Positions 37,827 through 46,464 of a stretch of DNA of 64,000 nucleotides are shown one piece after another (the stretch's first letter is position 1; each line of letters opens with the position of its first letter). The translations under genes were made by a program, and so were the position numbers. The stretch is taken from positions 62,001 to 126,000 of IMG/VR virus record IMGVR_UViG_3300041411_000080; one strand, given 5' to 3'. The notes beneath the pieces are model-generated. The model worked only from the letters and a program-made list of their open reading frames with translations. It did not search any database and was not told the DNA's origin.

Positions 37827-38903
37827 AGTCCTGAGGAAATTAAGCGCCGTCTCGCTAGGCTAGATGCCCGGCGAAGCGGTCGCCCTTATCCCGCTTGGAC
37901 CGAAAGCCAGGGCGCTGGCAAAGAATACACTGAAGGTCCTGAGAGTAAGTTCACGCACCAAGGTTCCGTCTACAGTGTAGATGAACTGCTGAAGCTTACG
38001 AAGGGTTTACCAACGATTGATCTTCCAATCAAGAAGTTGCTGTGGATGCTTGACGGGGTTACCCAATTTGACGATGAACGCATCAGTAAGGTAGACCTGA
38101 GCTATCCAGTGATCGTTCAACAGCTTTCTCGTGGCTTAGGTCGATACGTAACCTTAGATGGTTTCCATCGTGTGGTACGTGCTGCTAGCGAAGGTCACAC
38201 GACTATTAAAGCGATCGTAGTAGACGATGCATTAATCGCCAAGCTTACACACCAGACACTCAGTACTGAAGGGTTCATTACTATCGATGAAGCGCGTGAG
38301 CGTGCACAAAGAGAATGTGATGCTGAAGGTATTGATCCTACTCTAAGTAATGCTGAACGTTGCACTCGTTTGATTGACATTCAACAGGGTTCTCCTTTGA
38401 TGCAAGAAGAACGTGAACGTAAGGCAGCTTACGCCGAGAGTCCTAACTGGAATCGTTTTAAAGCACATTCCATGCGAGTGATTAAAGAACTACCGCCTTC
38501 GATCGCAGAACGTCAAGCAGCTGATAAGTTCCATCGGGATCTTAAAGCTAAACTAGGTCAAACCAATGGAGTTCCAGCTATGGAAAAGTTTAACTCTAAG
38601 AATCTCTTCTCTATGTCGATAAGTAACGAGGCTGTAGCTCGTGATCCATTATGGCAACAACTCTTAGATGCTGATTGCTATTCTACATCGATTGCAGTAG
38701 CTGTACGGGAACATCCTGTTGAAGGTAAGGTTCTTGCTGATCTGTATACGAAGTTGAACGACCTTAGTAAAGGTGATGGCAAACGTGAATCAGCTTACGA
38801 TGCTTACTGTAATACTTGGTACGGCAAAGATGAAGACGATAAACTGAAGCTCATCAAAGACACGACCAAAGCTTTGAAAGCTCTTGAGAAAACATTTAAA
38901 TAA
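37797..38903 (+). CDS. ParB/Srx-like domain protein, probably translated as the -1 frameshift extension of the gp177-like protein
   Basis: Frame open from 37779 with no ATG/GTG/TTG until 38037; VDLSYPVIV...LDGFHRVVRA ParB-N-like motif. Confidence 0.6.
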   Translation, partial: SVSQPSKEAWSPEEIKRRLARLDARRSGRPYPAWTESQGAGKEYTEGPESKFTHQGSVYSVDELLKLTKGLPTIDLPIKKLLWMLDGVTQFDDERISKVDLSYPVIVQQLSRGLGRYVTLDGFHRVVRAASEGHTTIKAIVVDDALIAKLTHQTLSTEGFITIDEARERAQRECDAEGIDPTLSNAERCTRLIDIQQGSPLMQEERERKAAYAESPNWNRFKAHSMRVIKELPPSIAERQAADKFHRDLKAKLGQTNGVPAMEKFNSKNLFSMSISNEAVARDPLWQQLLDADCYSTSIAVAVREHPVEGKVLADLYTKLNDLSKGDGKRESAYDAYCNTWYGKDEDDKLKLIKDTTKALKALEKTFK

Positions 38904-38912
38904 AGGTGACCC

Positions 38913-39632
38913 ATGAACACACCAAATCTGATTCGTGATGCTGACTTTGTACTTAGTCGGCTTTCAGAAGAGTCTGATGGAAGTGTCGTTACTACTGTTC
39001 CATGCACGGTACAGATCCCAGAAAGTTTTGCAGCTAAGAACCTTGCTGTTATCGGCAGTGAGGTTTTTATCTTTGGTTTCTTCCCGATCATCATGGGTGA
39101 CCGATATGCTGTAAACAAAGCTATCGCAATGATGCGGATCTGTCCTAGCTCTACGCAGAAGATCGTAGTTAACGAGACACCATACATCGAGTTCCAGTTT
39201 GAAGCTGGTGACACACTAATCTACACAACTGCTCTGGTTGTGACGGATACACTTAGTTACTACATGTACGACGAGTTCATTGCTAAAGGGAATATCCCTT
39301 GGTACATGGATTACTTTGACATGGCAAATATGTTCGACACAGCAAAAGAGCATGCCGGGGTTGACCTCGGTGGTCGTTCGATTATCGAGTTGATTATTTC
39401 AACTATCGCTCGAGATCCGAATGATATGACTCGGCTGTATCGGCACATCCTTGCACGCCCGGAAGACCTCAGGCTTAAACCCCCTGTTACGGTTCCCTTC
39501 CGTTCTGTTATTTGGAACACTTCCGATACAACGTCTAAACTAAACGGCGCTTACTACGATCACGGTATCAACTCAGCTTTGGTTAACCAATCTGAGTCTG
39601 TTGAAATGCTCGAGGAACTGCTCCGAACTTAA
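38913..39632 (+). CDS. Virion RNA polymerase beta' C-terminal subunit, phiKZ gp176-like
   Basis: Directly upstream of protease; C-terminal NTS...SKL-x-GAY segment; synteny. Confidence 0.7.
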   Translation: MNTPNLIRDADFVLSRLSEESDGSVVTTVPCTVQIPESFAAKNLAVIGSEVFIFGFFPIIMGDRYAVNKAIAMMRICPSSTQKIVVNETPYIEFQFEAGDTLIYTTALVVTDTLSYYMYDEFIAKGNIPWYMDYFDMANMFDTAKEHAGVDLGGRSIIELIISTIARDPNDMTRLYRHILARPEDLRLKPPVTVPFRSVIWNTSDTTSKLNGAYYDHGINSALVNQSESVEMLEELLRT

Positions 39633-39645
39633 TTGGAAGTGGCAT

Positions 39646-40515
39646 ATGAACCTAGGTATTATCCGAGGGAGAACGATCCCTAACCCATCTGGCCAAGTAC
39701 CTCTGTCTCAGACAGCGGTTACTGTTGGCTGTGCAATGCTGGCTGGTACTAATAAGCGAGGCATCCTACCTGCGGATGCCAGCGGTTACTACACTCTCGT
39801 AGTGGGTAGCTATGGTACACATAACTCAGCTGGTATGTTTTATGATGAAGCATCTGGCTGTGCAATGTTTGAGCCTTCGAGTTCTTTGATGAGACGTCTT
39901 AAGAAAGGCGTGTTGTTCATGGAGTTCAAACACCCTGAACCATTCCAAGATCTGATGATCGATGGTCGGGTTGTCCGCAGACCAATGTCGGATGCTGAGT
40001 ACCTGATGCGCATTCGTCAAATCGACGATAACCGTGTATGTGCACACATTCGTAATCTGACTATCGTTGATGGTATTAACGAACAGGGTAAACCAGTTAA
40101 GATGGTCGTGGCTGAAGTTAAGCCTTACGGTCCATACGCTAAAGTCTTCCAAGACTCTCTGGATAACCCAAGCATCAACACTTACTGCTCGGTTCGTTCG
40201 ATCACTCAAGACGATCAATACCGTGGCATTAAGTACACTCGTGAAATCGCTACTTGGGACTTCGTGGGTGAAGGTGGTATCTTTACCGCTAACAAATATA
40301 CTTCTCCTGGACTGGAGAACTATACTGCTGAAGAAGCAATGATTATCCCTGAACGTCAGATCACACCAGACGTACTTTGGAAGATCCAAGATGACAACCA
40401 AAAGCGAACCTTGCTTGGGTTGGAATCTGCTGAACACCGTGATGTATCGGAGCTGATCAAGATTCTTGATTGGGATCGGTCTAAAGGTGTTCGTCGTCCT
40501 AACTACCTCCGTTAA
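39646..40515 (+). CDS. Prohead (head maturation) serine protease, phiKZ gp175-like
   Basis: EFKHP (His), CSVRS (Ser), TWDFV motifs; start revised to MNLGII. Confidence 0.85.
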   Translation: MNLGIIRGRTIPNPSGQVPLSQTAVTVGCAMLAGTNKRGILPADASGYYTLVVGSYGTHNSAGMFYDEASGCAMFEPSSSLMRRLKKGVLFMEFKHPEPFQDLMIDGRVVRRPMSDAEYLMRIRQIDDNRVCAHIRNLTIVDGINEQGKPVKMVVAEVKPYGPYAKVFQDSLDNPSINTYCSVRSITQDDQYRGIKYTREIATWDFVGEGGIFTANKYTSPGLENYTAEEAMIIPERQITPDVLWKIQDDNQKRTLLGLESAEHRDVSELIKILDWDRSKGVRRPNYLR

Positions 40516-40519
40516 GACG

Positions 40520-40570
40520 AAAAAAAAAAATAAAGCATATGCCCTCTCCGATTGGAGAGGGCTTTATGTC
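40520..40570. terminator. Bidirectional terminator
   Basis: A11 tract, GCCCTCTCC-GATT-GGAGAGGGC 40541-40562, TTTATGTC; convergent junction. Confidence 0.8.
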
Positions 40571-40573
40571 GTC

Positions 40574-41062
40574 TTAGAGGAGCGAAGACTTTGGATCAGG
40601 GAGGCTATCAGGCGAGGCCGTGTTGTGCACGACTTCAGCTGGTGGCATGGCCAGGGTTTTGCCGAGGTCTTGAACCATCTGCAAACCGCGTTGGTGAACT
40701 GCTGCCTGCCGATCAATAACTTCGACATGCCATTCCAGAGTTTTGATCTGGATAGCTTTACTCAGCATGGCGATGATGATCGATGCTGCCGATTCAGGAA
40801 GGTTATCAATCGCCTCAACTTCCAGATCGCCTTCACGGCTTTCGTAGGCAGTCATCAGGCGTACACCATCGAACTCAGCTACGAAGTAACGGGAATCTTC
40901 ACGGTGGAAGAACAGAACCGATTCGCCCTGCTTGCTACCGATCAGATCGATCAGCTGCTTCAGCGCTAAGCGACGATCCTTTACACGTCCCATGCACGAG
41001 GCCAGCACGGTGTAATGGGTCAGTTGGTTGTATACAACGTGGTCAGTCAGTTTGCCGAACAT
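40574..41062 (-). CDS. Hypothetical protein
   Basis: AAGGAG RBS; last gene of accessory cassette. Confidence 0.65.
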   Translation of the reverse strand: MFGKLTDHVVYNQLTHYTVLASCMGRVKDRRLALKQLIDLIGSKQGESVLFFHREDSRYFVAEFDGVRLMTAYESREGDLEVEAIDNLPESAASIIIAMLSKAIQIKTLEWHVEVIDRQAAVHQRGLQMVQDLGKTLAMPPAEVVHNTASPDSLPDPKSSLL

Positions 41063-41089
41063 GGTATTGCTCCTTGGGGTTGGGGTTGA

Positions 41090-41455
41090 TTAATGCATTA
41101 CGTTTTCGGAAGGGAAGCCTTGAGCTTCCGCGTACTTCACCAGCTGATAATGCATCTCAGCAGTTACGTCTGACAGGATGTCCGCCAGTTCACCATAGGT
41201 AGCCTTACGACCACCCAGCTCGATGTACGAATTAGTCCACGATCCACCTTGGCAACGAGAGAAGAACTTAACTTCCTGACCGTTTACGTTCACCACGAAA
41301 GTGAAGACCGTACGACGAGGAGCTTCTTCTGCTTCAAAGCGGATGTTCGGGTCACGTGCTACCAACTTTACATGCTCGTCGGCTTCGAACCACTGAACGT
41401 AGATATCGAAGACGGCATCGAATTGGAGTGCGATCAGTTTGTTAGCTAAGTCCAC
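41090..41455 (-). CDS. Hypothetical protein
   Basis: AGGA RBS, GTG start. Confidence 0.65.
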   Translation of the reverse strand: MDLANKLIALQFDAVFDIYVQWFEADEHVKLVARDPNIRFEAEEAPRRTVFTFVVNVNGQEVKFFSRCQGGSWTNSYIELGGRKATYGELADILSDVTAEMHYQLVKYAEAQGFPSENVMH

Positions 41456-41480
41456 GGATAAAGTCCTTTAATGGGTTGGG

Positions 41481-41783
41481 TTAAAACATGTCGTGAGGAC
41501 GAACCAGATATTCCTTGATTTGCTTAGCCCACTTATCGAGGTCAGCATCATCTTCGATCAACATCTCAGTATCGTACTTCTCGTGTTGATCCATGAACAC
41601 TACCAGCAAATGATGGTTAGGCTCGATGTAGATCTTGACGTGTTGCTTTTTAGCAACGGGTCCAATGATGAACCCGAATCGATCAGACAACAACCGCGCG
41701 AACAACTTGAAATCGCTAGACTCCAGCTGTTCGAGACGGTTGATCAACGACATTACATTTTTCAGTTCAGGAGCGATCAGCAT
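41481..41783 (-). CDS. Hypothetical protein, I-x2-YL-x2-P paralog family
   Basis: C-terminus WAKQIKEYLVRP. Confidence 0.65.
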   Translation of the reverse strand: MLIAPELKNVMSLINRLEQLESSDFKLFARLLSDRFGFIIGPVAKKQHVKIYIEPNHHLLVVFMDQHEKYDTEMLIEDDADLDKWAKQIKEYLVRPHDMF

Positions 41784-42108
41784 TTTTGTACCTGTCGAAA
41801 ATGGATGGGCTTTTGAGGTAGCCGACGATAACTTCGGCAGTCTTCCAGTGATCCACCGGCCCGTGAAGCGTGAGCTTATCGGTCACTTTACCTTCTTCAT
41901 TGTGCAGCTCTACCGAGAGACCTTCCCCCGGAGCAATGATCACCTTGGCTTGTTGCGGCAGCCCTACTGGAGTTACCACGTAGATCCAGACTAGTCCTTG
42001 GAACCGTGGCTCTTCGATGAAGGCTTTGAGTTCGAAGTTCTTGTTATCCAGAGTGTGGATACACTCGATCAGCTTAAGGCCGTTTTGCAGTTCTTCAGCG
42101 ATATGCAT
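41767..42108 (-). CDS. Hypothetical protein, I-x2-YL-x2-P paralog family
   Basis: C-terminus TAEVIVGYLKSP; AAGGAG RBS. Confidence 0.7.
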   Translation of the reverse strand: MHIAEELQNGLKLIECIHTLDNKNFELKAFIEEPRFQGLVWIYVVTPVGLPQQAKVIIAPGEGLSVELHNEEGKVTDKLTLHGPVDHWKTAEVIVGYLKSPSIFDRYKNADRS

Positions 42109-42110
42109 TA

Positions 42111-42419
42111 TTACTCCTTGAACGCTTGGGTTGGGTTATGCAGATAATCGATAATCTGCTGGGCTGATTCTTTGATATTACTTTCGGTGACTTCCAAACC
42201 CGTGTCGTATTCACCCTTGGCATTCCAGAGTGTTACGGTACAGGCTTCACCTTCGATTACTTTGATGAGTGCGCGAGCGCCTTCATCGATCAAGTGCAAC
42301 GTTACCGAATGTGCTGCACCGGTGTTGGCCAACAAGACAATCTCGTGGTTTTTCCGGTCCAGCCTATTCAGTTCCTTAATCAGGGCAAAGTAATTCGCTA
42401 CCATGACAGAAACTTTCAT
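42111..42419 (-). CDS. Hypothetical protein, I-x2-YL-x2-P paralog family
   Basis: C-terminus SAQQIIDYLHNP; GGAG RBS. Confidence 0.7.
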   Translation of the reverse strand: MKVSVMVANYFALIKELNRLDRKNHEIVLLANTGAAHSVTLHLIDEGARALIKVIEGEACTVTLWNAKGEYDTGLEVTESNIKESAQQIIDYLHNPTQAFKE

Positions 42420-42442
42420 GACGTATACTCCAACGGAAGGTT

Positions 42443-42469
42443 ATAAAAGCCCCCTCCGAAGAGGGGGCT
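42443..42469 (-). terminator. Intrinsic terminator, cUUCGg loop
   Basis: AGCCCCCTC-CGAA-GAGGGGGCT 42448-42469. Confidence 0.75.
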
Positions 42470-42477
42470 AAATGTTA

Positions 42478-43269
42478 TTACCAGGTACGATGACCGGTGG
42501 CAACAACCTCGATATCATCACCGAGTTCAACCTTAACGATCTGAGGTAACTCCACGGCATCTTCGATCGTTTCTTCAATGTGACGCAACAGCTCTTCGTT
42601 TTTCCGAGTGGCCTCCTCGACCACATGTACTGACTCATTGGAGGTATGCATCATTACTGCTACAGCCGCGATCGTGGTAGTTACCGCCAGAATGGTGGGA
42701 GCATTCTCGACTATTACATCGCCGAACGGAACAAGGTAGTTATCCTTGAAACGCTTATACCACGAATCGTTTTCAGCAGGAGCAGGTTCTGGTTTCTTTT
42801 TGGGCGTATCGGTGAATGGAGTCTTACGATAATCACCTCGCCCGTTCTCGTAAATACGATAGCACGGTGCGACGTGATCGCTCGACTTGCTCATCGAGGG
42901 ACCAAAGGACTGTAGTTCTTTTTCAAGTTCTACGATCGAGTAACCAGCTACATCAACGACAGGCTGAAAAGCTTGAACCCACGGCCAGTTCTCCCATGGG
43001 AAACCAGTCAGGTCTTCCTTAAGTGCATCAAGGTTGACATCGACCAGTTCCTTACGCAGGTAACGATCACCGCGTTGATCACCCAGCATCCTGAAGGAGT
43101 AGGTAATCAGCTGTTCAGGGTTTTCGACATGGTTAGACAACAGAGCACCTTTAATGCGCTCAGTCAGCATCTCATATCGGTCAATCACTTCAGCCATATT
43201 GACGGTTCGGTAGTTAGCCGTCTCGCCATACGTGTCGATCACGTAGTGTACAGTGTAGATTTTTTCCAT
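42478..43269 (-). CDS. Membrane protein with C-terminal module paralogous to 48454..48726 (start revised to MEKIY)
   Basis: AGGTGG RBS; TM helix ILAVTTTIAAVAVMM. Confidence 0.7.
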   Translation of the reverse strand: MEKIYTVHYVIDTYGETANYRTVNMAEVIDRYEMLTERIKGALLSNHVENPEQLITYSFRMLGDQRGDRYLRKELVDVNLDALKEDLTGFPWENWPWVQAFQPVVDVAGYSIVELEKELQSFGPSMSKSSDHVAPCYRIYENGRGDYRKTPFTDTPKKKPEPAPAENDSWYKRFKDNYLVPFGDVIVENAPTILAVTTTIAAVAVMMHTSNESVHVVEEATRKNEELLRHIEETIEDAVELPQIVKVELGDDIEVVATGHRTW

Positions 43270-43370
43270 GGTCCACCTATTGAATTTACTTGATTGAATT
43301 GTTGAAAATGGGGGGTTCCCCAACCCCCCTCACCGCAAGTCAATAACCCAATAGATGCCGCGGCTATCTA

Positions 43371-43508
43371 TCAGCTCTTGTTATCGGTGAATTTACGATA
43401 GGCTTTTATGCCCAAGTAAGTACAAGCTGCCGCTGTAATACATGCCTCCAGCATGCGGCGGGTTTTCTTAACGTTATCCTTTTTATGTTCCTTGTTGTCT
43501 TGTTGCAT
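43371..43508 (-). CDS. Unannotated 45-aa microprotein MQQDNKEHKKDNVKKTRRMLEACITAAACTYLGIKAYRKFTDNKS
   Basis: AGAGGTAATA RBS identical to neighbour; mildly hydrophobic helix flanked by basic residues. Confidence 0.65.
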   Translation of the reverse strand: MQQDNKEHKKDNVKKTRRMLEACITAAACTYLGIKAYRKFTDNKS

Positions 43509-43655
43509 GTGGATCTATTACCTCTTAGTGAATGTAACAACATGTAGAAACGGCTGCTCTTAGGGGCAGTTTTCCCCCACCGTTCCTAACGTCCCCCTGA
43601 GAAACTACCCAGAGGACCGGCACTACAGAGTTAAATCCAACTTAACCCCTATTGG

Positions 43656-43772
43656 TTACGTGTCCATCCTTACCGCGATGGTATCACGGGCTACATAGAG
43701 AACCGACAGTGTCGTTGCGACAGCGCCGGCGGTGATGATTACAGCAATTTGCCACTTTTGCTTAGTGCTCAT
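43656..43772 (-). CDS. Unannotated 38-aa membrane microprotein MSTKQKWQIAVIITAGAVATTLSVLYVARDTIAVRMDT
   Basis: AGAGGTAATA RBS; single TM helix; first gene after early promoter. Confidence 0.7.
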   Translation of the reverse strand: MSTKQKWQIAVIITAGAVATTLSVLYVARDTIAVRMDT

Positions 43773-43856
43773 CTTTTATTACCTCTAGGTTATTGGTACC
43801 AATAGCACATGGATTGACTCAGCAAACAACACTTTATCTTTCCATTATGCACAAAA

Positions 43857-43873
43857 GTAATATAGCGTTTAAA
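43857..43873 (-). promoter_or_regulatory. phiKZ-type early promoter TTTAA-AC-GC-TATATTAC
   Basis: Matches copy at 2813-2829 at 15/17 positions. Confidence 0.7.
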
Positions 43874-43886
43874 AGGGTTCTAATAA

Positions 43887-43917
43887 CATAAAAGCCTCCC
43901 CGAAGGGAGGCTATGTC
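43887..43917 (-). terminator. Intrinsic terminator, cUUCGg loop
   Basis: GCCTCCC-CGAA-GGGAGGC with CATAAAA and TATGTC flanks. Confidence 0.8.
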
Positions 43918-45085
43918 AATTGGAGGACTCAACGAAGTACGGATATAGGTTTTTAAGGAGCCCTATGCCCGATTCTACGCGATAGAACGGTGCAGCCAGT
44001 AAAGCGTCACGGTATTTAGCATCGGTCGACAGAACGGCTTTAGCGGCGTCTGAGGCGGTGTTGATATATTGGAAGGTCCATACCTTATCTACCCGCCACG
44101 GTGCATCAGGGTTACCGGTTGCTACAGTACGATCCACTTCAAACCAACCTGACATCAAGCGATTCATGATACTCACGAGCTTACGTGCTTCATCTACGTA
44201 GTTAGGTACAGTCTGGGCGCCACTAGGATCTGGGATTGCTGGGCCAGTTGGGTTATTAGGGTCGGGGATCATCACCGGATATGGGCCGCCGGGATGGATA
44301 CCTTCAGGGAATACGTAACCTGCCAACAACGTTTGTGGGAATAGTGGGTTGTCGGCAACGAGAGCGGCGTCACCACCATGTTCCATCAATCGGTCAATTA
44401 CGGCAAGGCTGGTAGACGGTGAGATAGAATCAGATGCACGTTTAGTGACACTGAATCGGAATTCATCGTCATAGTTGTAGTCGTATGTGTTCTTCTCAGC
44501 GTTCCACTTCGCTCCAAAGGTTTCGTCAACCAGTTGAGGGATACCCCAATCAGACACTTCACCGAGGATACCTTTAACCAGCGCAGCTTGTGCCCCTAGG
44601 TCAAACACCCCGATCAAACGGTTACCCGATAGATCACCGATGAAGTCTACGATACCCGATACGTTCTTGAAGTTACCATCTTTGAAAGTACGAGTAGCCC
44701 CATCATACACCATCTTAACGGAATCGATCATGGTATTAGCGCCACGAACGTAACCAGTACCTTCATCAATACCCGTCAGGTCTCCGAAGATGCTACGCTC
44801 GACGCCTTCGGCCAAGTCTGAGATGGCAGCACGGGAACCACCCAACGCGTCTTTAATACGCTGCTGAGCGGCTGGTAGATCTATACCGCTAGCCTTGAGT
44901 TGGTTACCAATCCCCTTGACCATTTTGGTAGCACTACCAATGATACCACCTAGGTCAGTATCGAATGCTGAAATCTTTGAAGCTAATTTATTCTTGAGTT
45001 CTGGGTTGGCATCTGTATAGACATCAACCTCAGCAATCTTGTCTGTAGGTAGACCGGTAAAAGTTGGAAGAGTTAATGGTAACAT
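43916..45085 (-). CDS. Probable virion structural protein (gp174-region; start revised to MLPLTL)
   Basis: GGTG RBS just after the 45117 terminator; ~389 aa; synteny. Confidence 0.6.
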   Translation of the reverse strand: MLPLTLPTFTGLPTDKIAEVDVYTDANPELKNKLASKISAFDTDLGGIIGSATKMVKGIGNQLKASGIDLPAAQQRIKDALGGSRAAISDLAEGVERSIFGDLTGIDEGTGYVRGANTMIDSVKMVYDGATRTFKDGNFKNVSGIVDFIGDLSGNRLIGVFDLGAQAALVKGILGEVSDWGIPQLVDETFGAKWNAEKNTYDYNYDDEFRFSVTKRASDSISPSTSLAVIDRLMEHGGDAALVADNPLFPQTLLAGYVFPEGIHPGGPYPVMIPDPNNPTGPAIPDPSGAQTVPNYVDEARKLVSIMNRLMSGWFEVDRTVATGNPDAPWRVDKVWTFQYINTASDAAKAVLSTDAKYRDALLAAPFYRVESGIGLLKNLYPYFVESSN

Positions 45086-45096
45086 TGGATTCACCC

Positions 45097-45136
45097 AAAA
45101 AAGAAAGGACATAAAATGGGGCACCGAAGTGCCCCA
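45097..45136 (-). terminator. Intrinsic terminator, cUUCGg loop
   Basis: TGGGGCAC-CGAA-GTGCCCCA 45117-45136; tail TTTTATGTCC then T tract. Confidence 0.8.
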
Positions 45137-45146
45137 GATTACTTGG

Positions 45147-46031
45147 TTATTTAAACGCAACTGCTGGCCAAGGAGTAATCCATGCAATCGTGGTACCAAT
45201 GTCAGTGTTCTCAGCAAACACAATTCGAGTACGGATATCAGACGCTTTTTGTCCAAAGGTCATGTAACGGTTTACGTTTACTACCCCATAACCTGCACAA
45301 CGCATATCGTCAATGATCTTTTCAGCCTTACCTTTGAAGAGCGCTAGTTCTTCATCACTGTACGTGTGGTCAGGTAAGTTAGCACTTAGCTTCAACTTCC
45401 GTGACACTGAAAGATCCATTGCATCCAAAACTCGAGCCGGGTATGTACCGAAATGCAGATGTACCTTAGCGACCTCATCTATCTTTACACTGTGCGACAG
45501 ACCAGCACGACCCGTCATGCGATCCCAAGCCCAGTGTGGGCAATTGAGCTGCTGGAGATGATCTAAATGGCAGGTTGGTACCACATCTGTCAATCCCTCA
45601 TTTACCAGTGAGGCGAACAGAGTATCATGTGCAGTGCGGTATGCGGTAGATAGGATATCCAGAAAGGAATCGGCATATACCTCATTCAGTATTTTACGAT
45701 GTACGTCACGTTCGATCAAAGTACATGTATCTTTTCGAGCAGTGATCAATACCGCAGCTACCTGACGGGGATTGAGGTATTTACGGAGCCAATCAGGAAG
45801 TTTGCCGTCGACCACGAAGATCTGTAGCTTAATACCTAACTTGGCGGTGTCGTCAACGCCATGGATCAGAAAAGCCATTACCTCTTGAGCTTTTGCCACA
45901 CCTGTGCGCAGAGCAGAGGCCAACTGTTGAATAGTGACACGCTTTTCTTCCACCAGTTGTTTATGGGTCCAGATCATAGCCTTCTTTTGCAGGGCCACTT
46001 CAGCTTGAACGAGATCACGTACATTAGTCAT
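45147..46031 (-). CDS. Hypothetical protein
   Basis: AAGG RBS, 294 aa, followed by terminator. Confidence 0.7.
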   Translation of the reverse strand: MTNVRDLVQAEVALQKKAMIWTHKQLVEEKRVTIQQLASALRTGVAKAQEVMAFLIHGVDDTAKLGIKLQIFVVDGKLPDWLRKYLNPRQVAAVLITARKDTCTLIERDVHRKILNEVYADSFLDILSTAYRTAHDTLFASLVNEGLTDVVPTCHLDHLQQLNCPHWAWDRMTGRAGLSHSVKIDEVAKVHLHFGTYPARVLDAMDLSVSRKLKLSANLPDHTYSDEELALFKGKAEKIIDDMRCAGYGVVNVNRYMTFGQKASDIRTRIVFAENTDIGTTIAWITPWPAVAFK

Positions 46032-46077
46032 GTTTACTACCTTTTAGTTTAAGAGGTTATACGAAATGGATAACCTG

Positions 46078-46464
46078 TTATTGTTCCGAGAGGACTTTCC
46101 GAACGATAGCAACCCACTCTTGTTCAGCAGGGGTGATACCGTACTTAGTCCAAACGATTTCAGTGTGTTTGGTTAGCTTGAGTTTCAACATTGGAAACTT
46201 AGCAAGGTGTAGCTTCAATGCATCGGCCAACTGTGCATGTAGGTCTTCCACATACACATACGTTGGCTTAACATTCTGATCCATGTAGGCAGACGAGCCG
46301 GTAAGGTACCGACCGTCTTTCTTATCTGTGATCAGGTACATCCTAAGCCCAGCAAAGCTCAGGAATGGTAACCCCGTGCCAGTACGTTTCGGTGAGTCAT
46401 GATAGAATCGAATCTGCTCAGGGCAGGTAGTCTCGCAACTCATGTCGATTGTATTCATGCACAT
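46078..46464 (-). CDS. Hypothetical protein
   Basis: Coupled to upstream ORF. Confidence 0.6.
   Translation of the reverse strand: MCMNTIDMSCETTCPEQIRFYHDSPKRTGTGLPFLSFAGLRMYLITDKKDGRYLTGSSAYMDQNVKPTYVYVEDLHAQLADALKLHLAKFPMLKLKLTKHTEIVWTKYGITPAEQEWVAIVRKVLSEQ

Noticed and set aside
37839-37991. ATT (37839) or CTG (37986/37989) as independent starts for the ParB-like ORF
   Set aside because: ATT directly abuts GAGGAA with no spacer and the CTGs lack an SD; considered less likely than the frameshift but not excluded
40520-40530. A11 homopolymer as a phase-variation site
   Set aside because: Intergenic and adjacent to a hairpin; explained as the U tract of the minus-strand terminator
43509-43655. 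32-codon GTG ORF and small hairpins between the two microproteins
   Set aside because: No well-spaced RBS and atypical composition; hairpins too short to call an ncRNA
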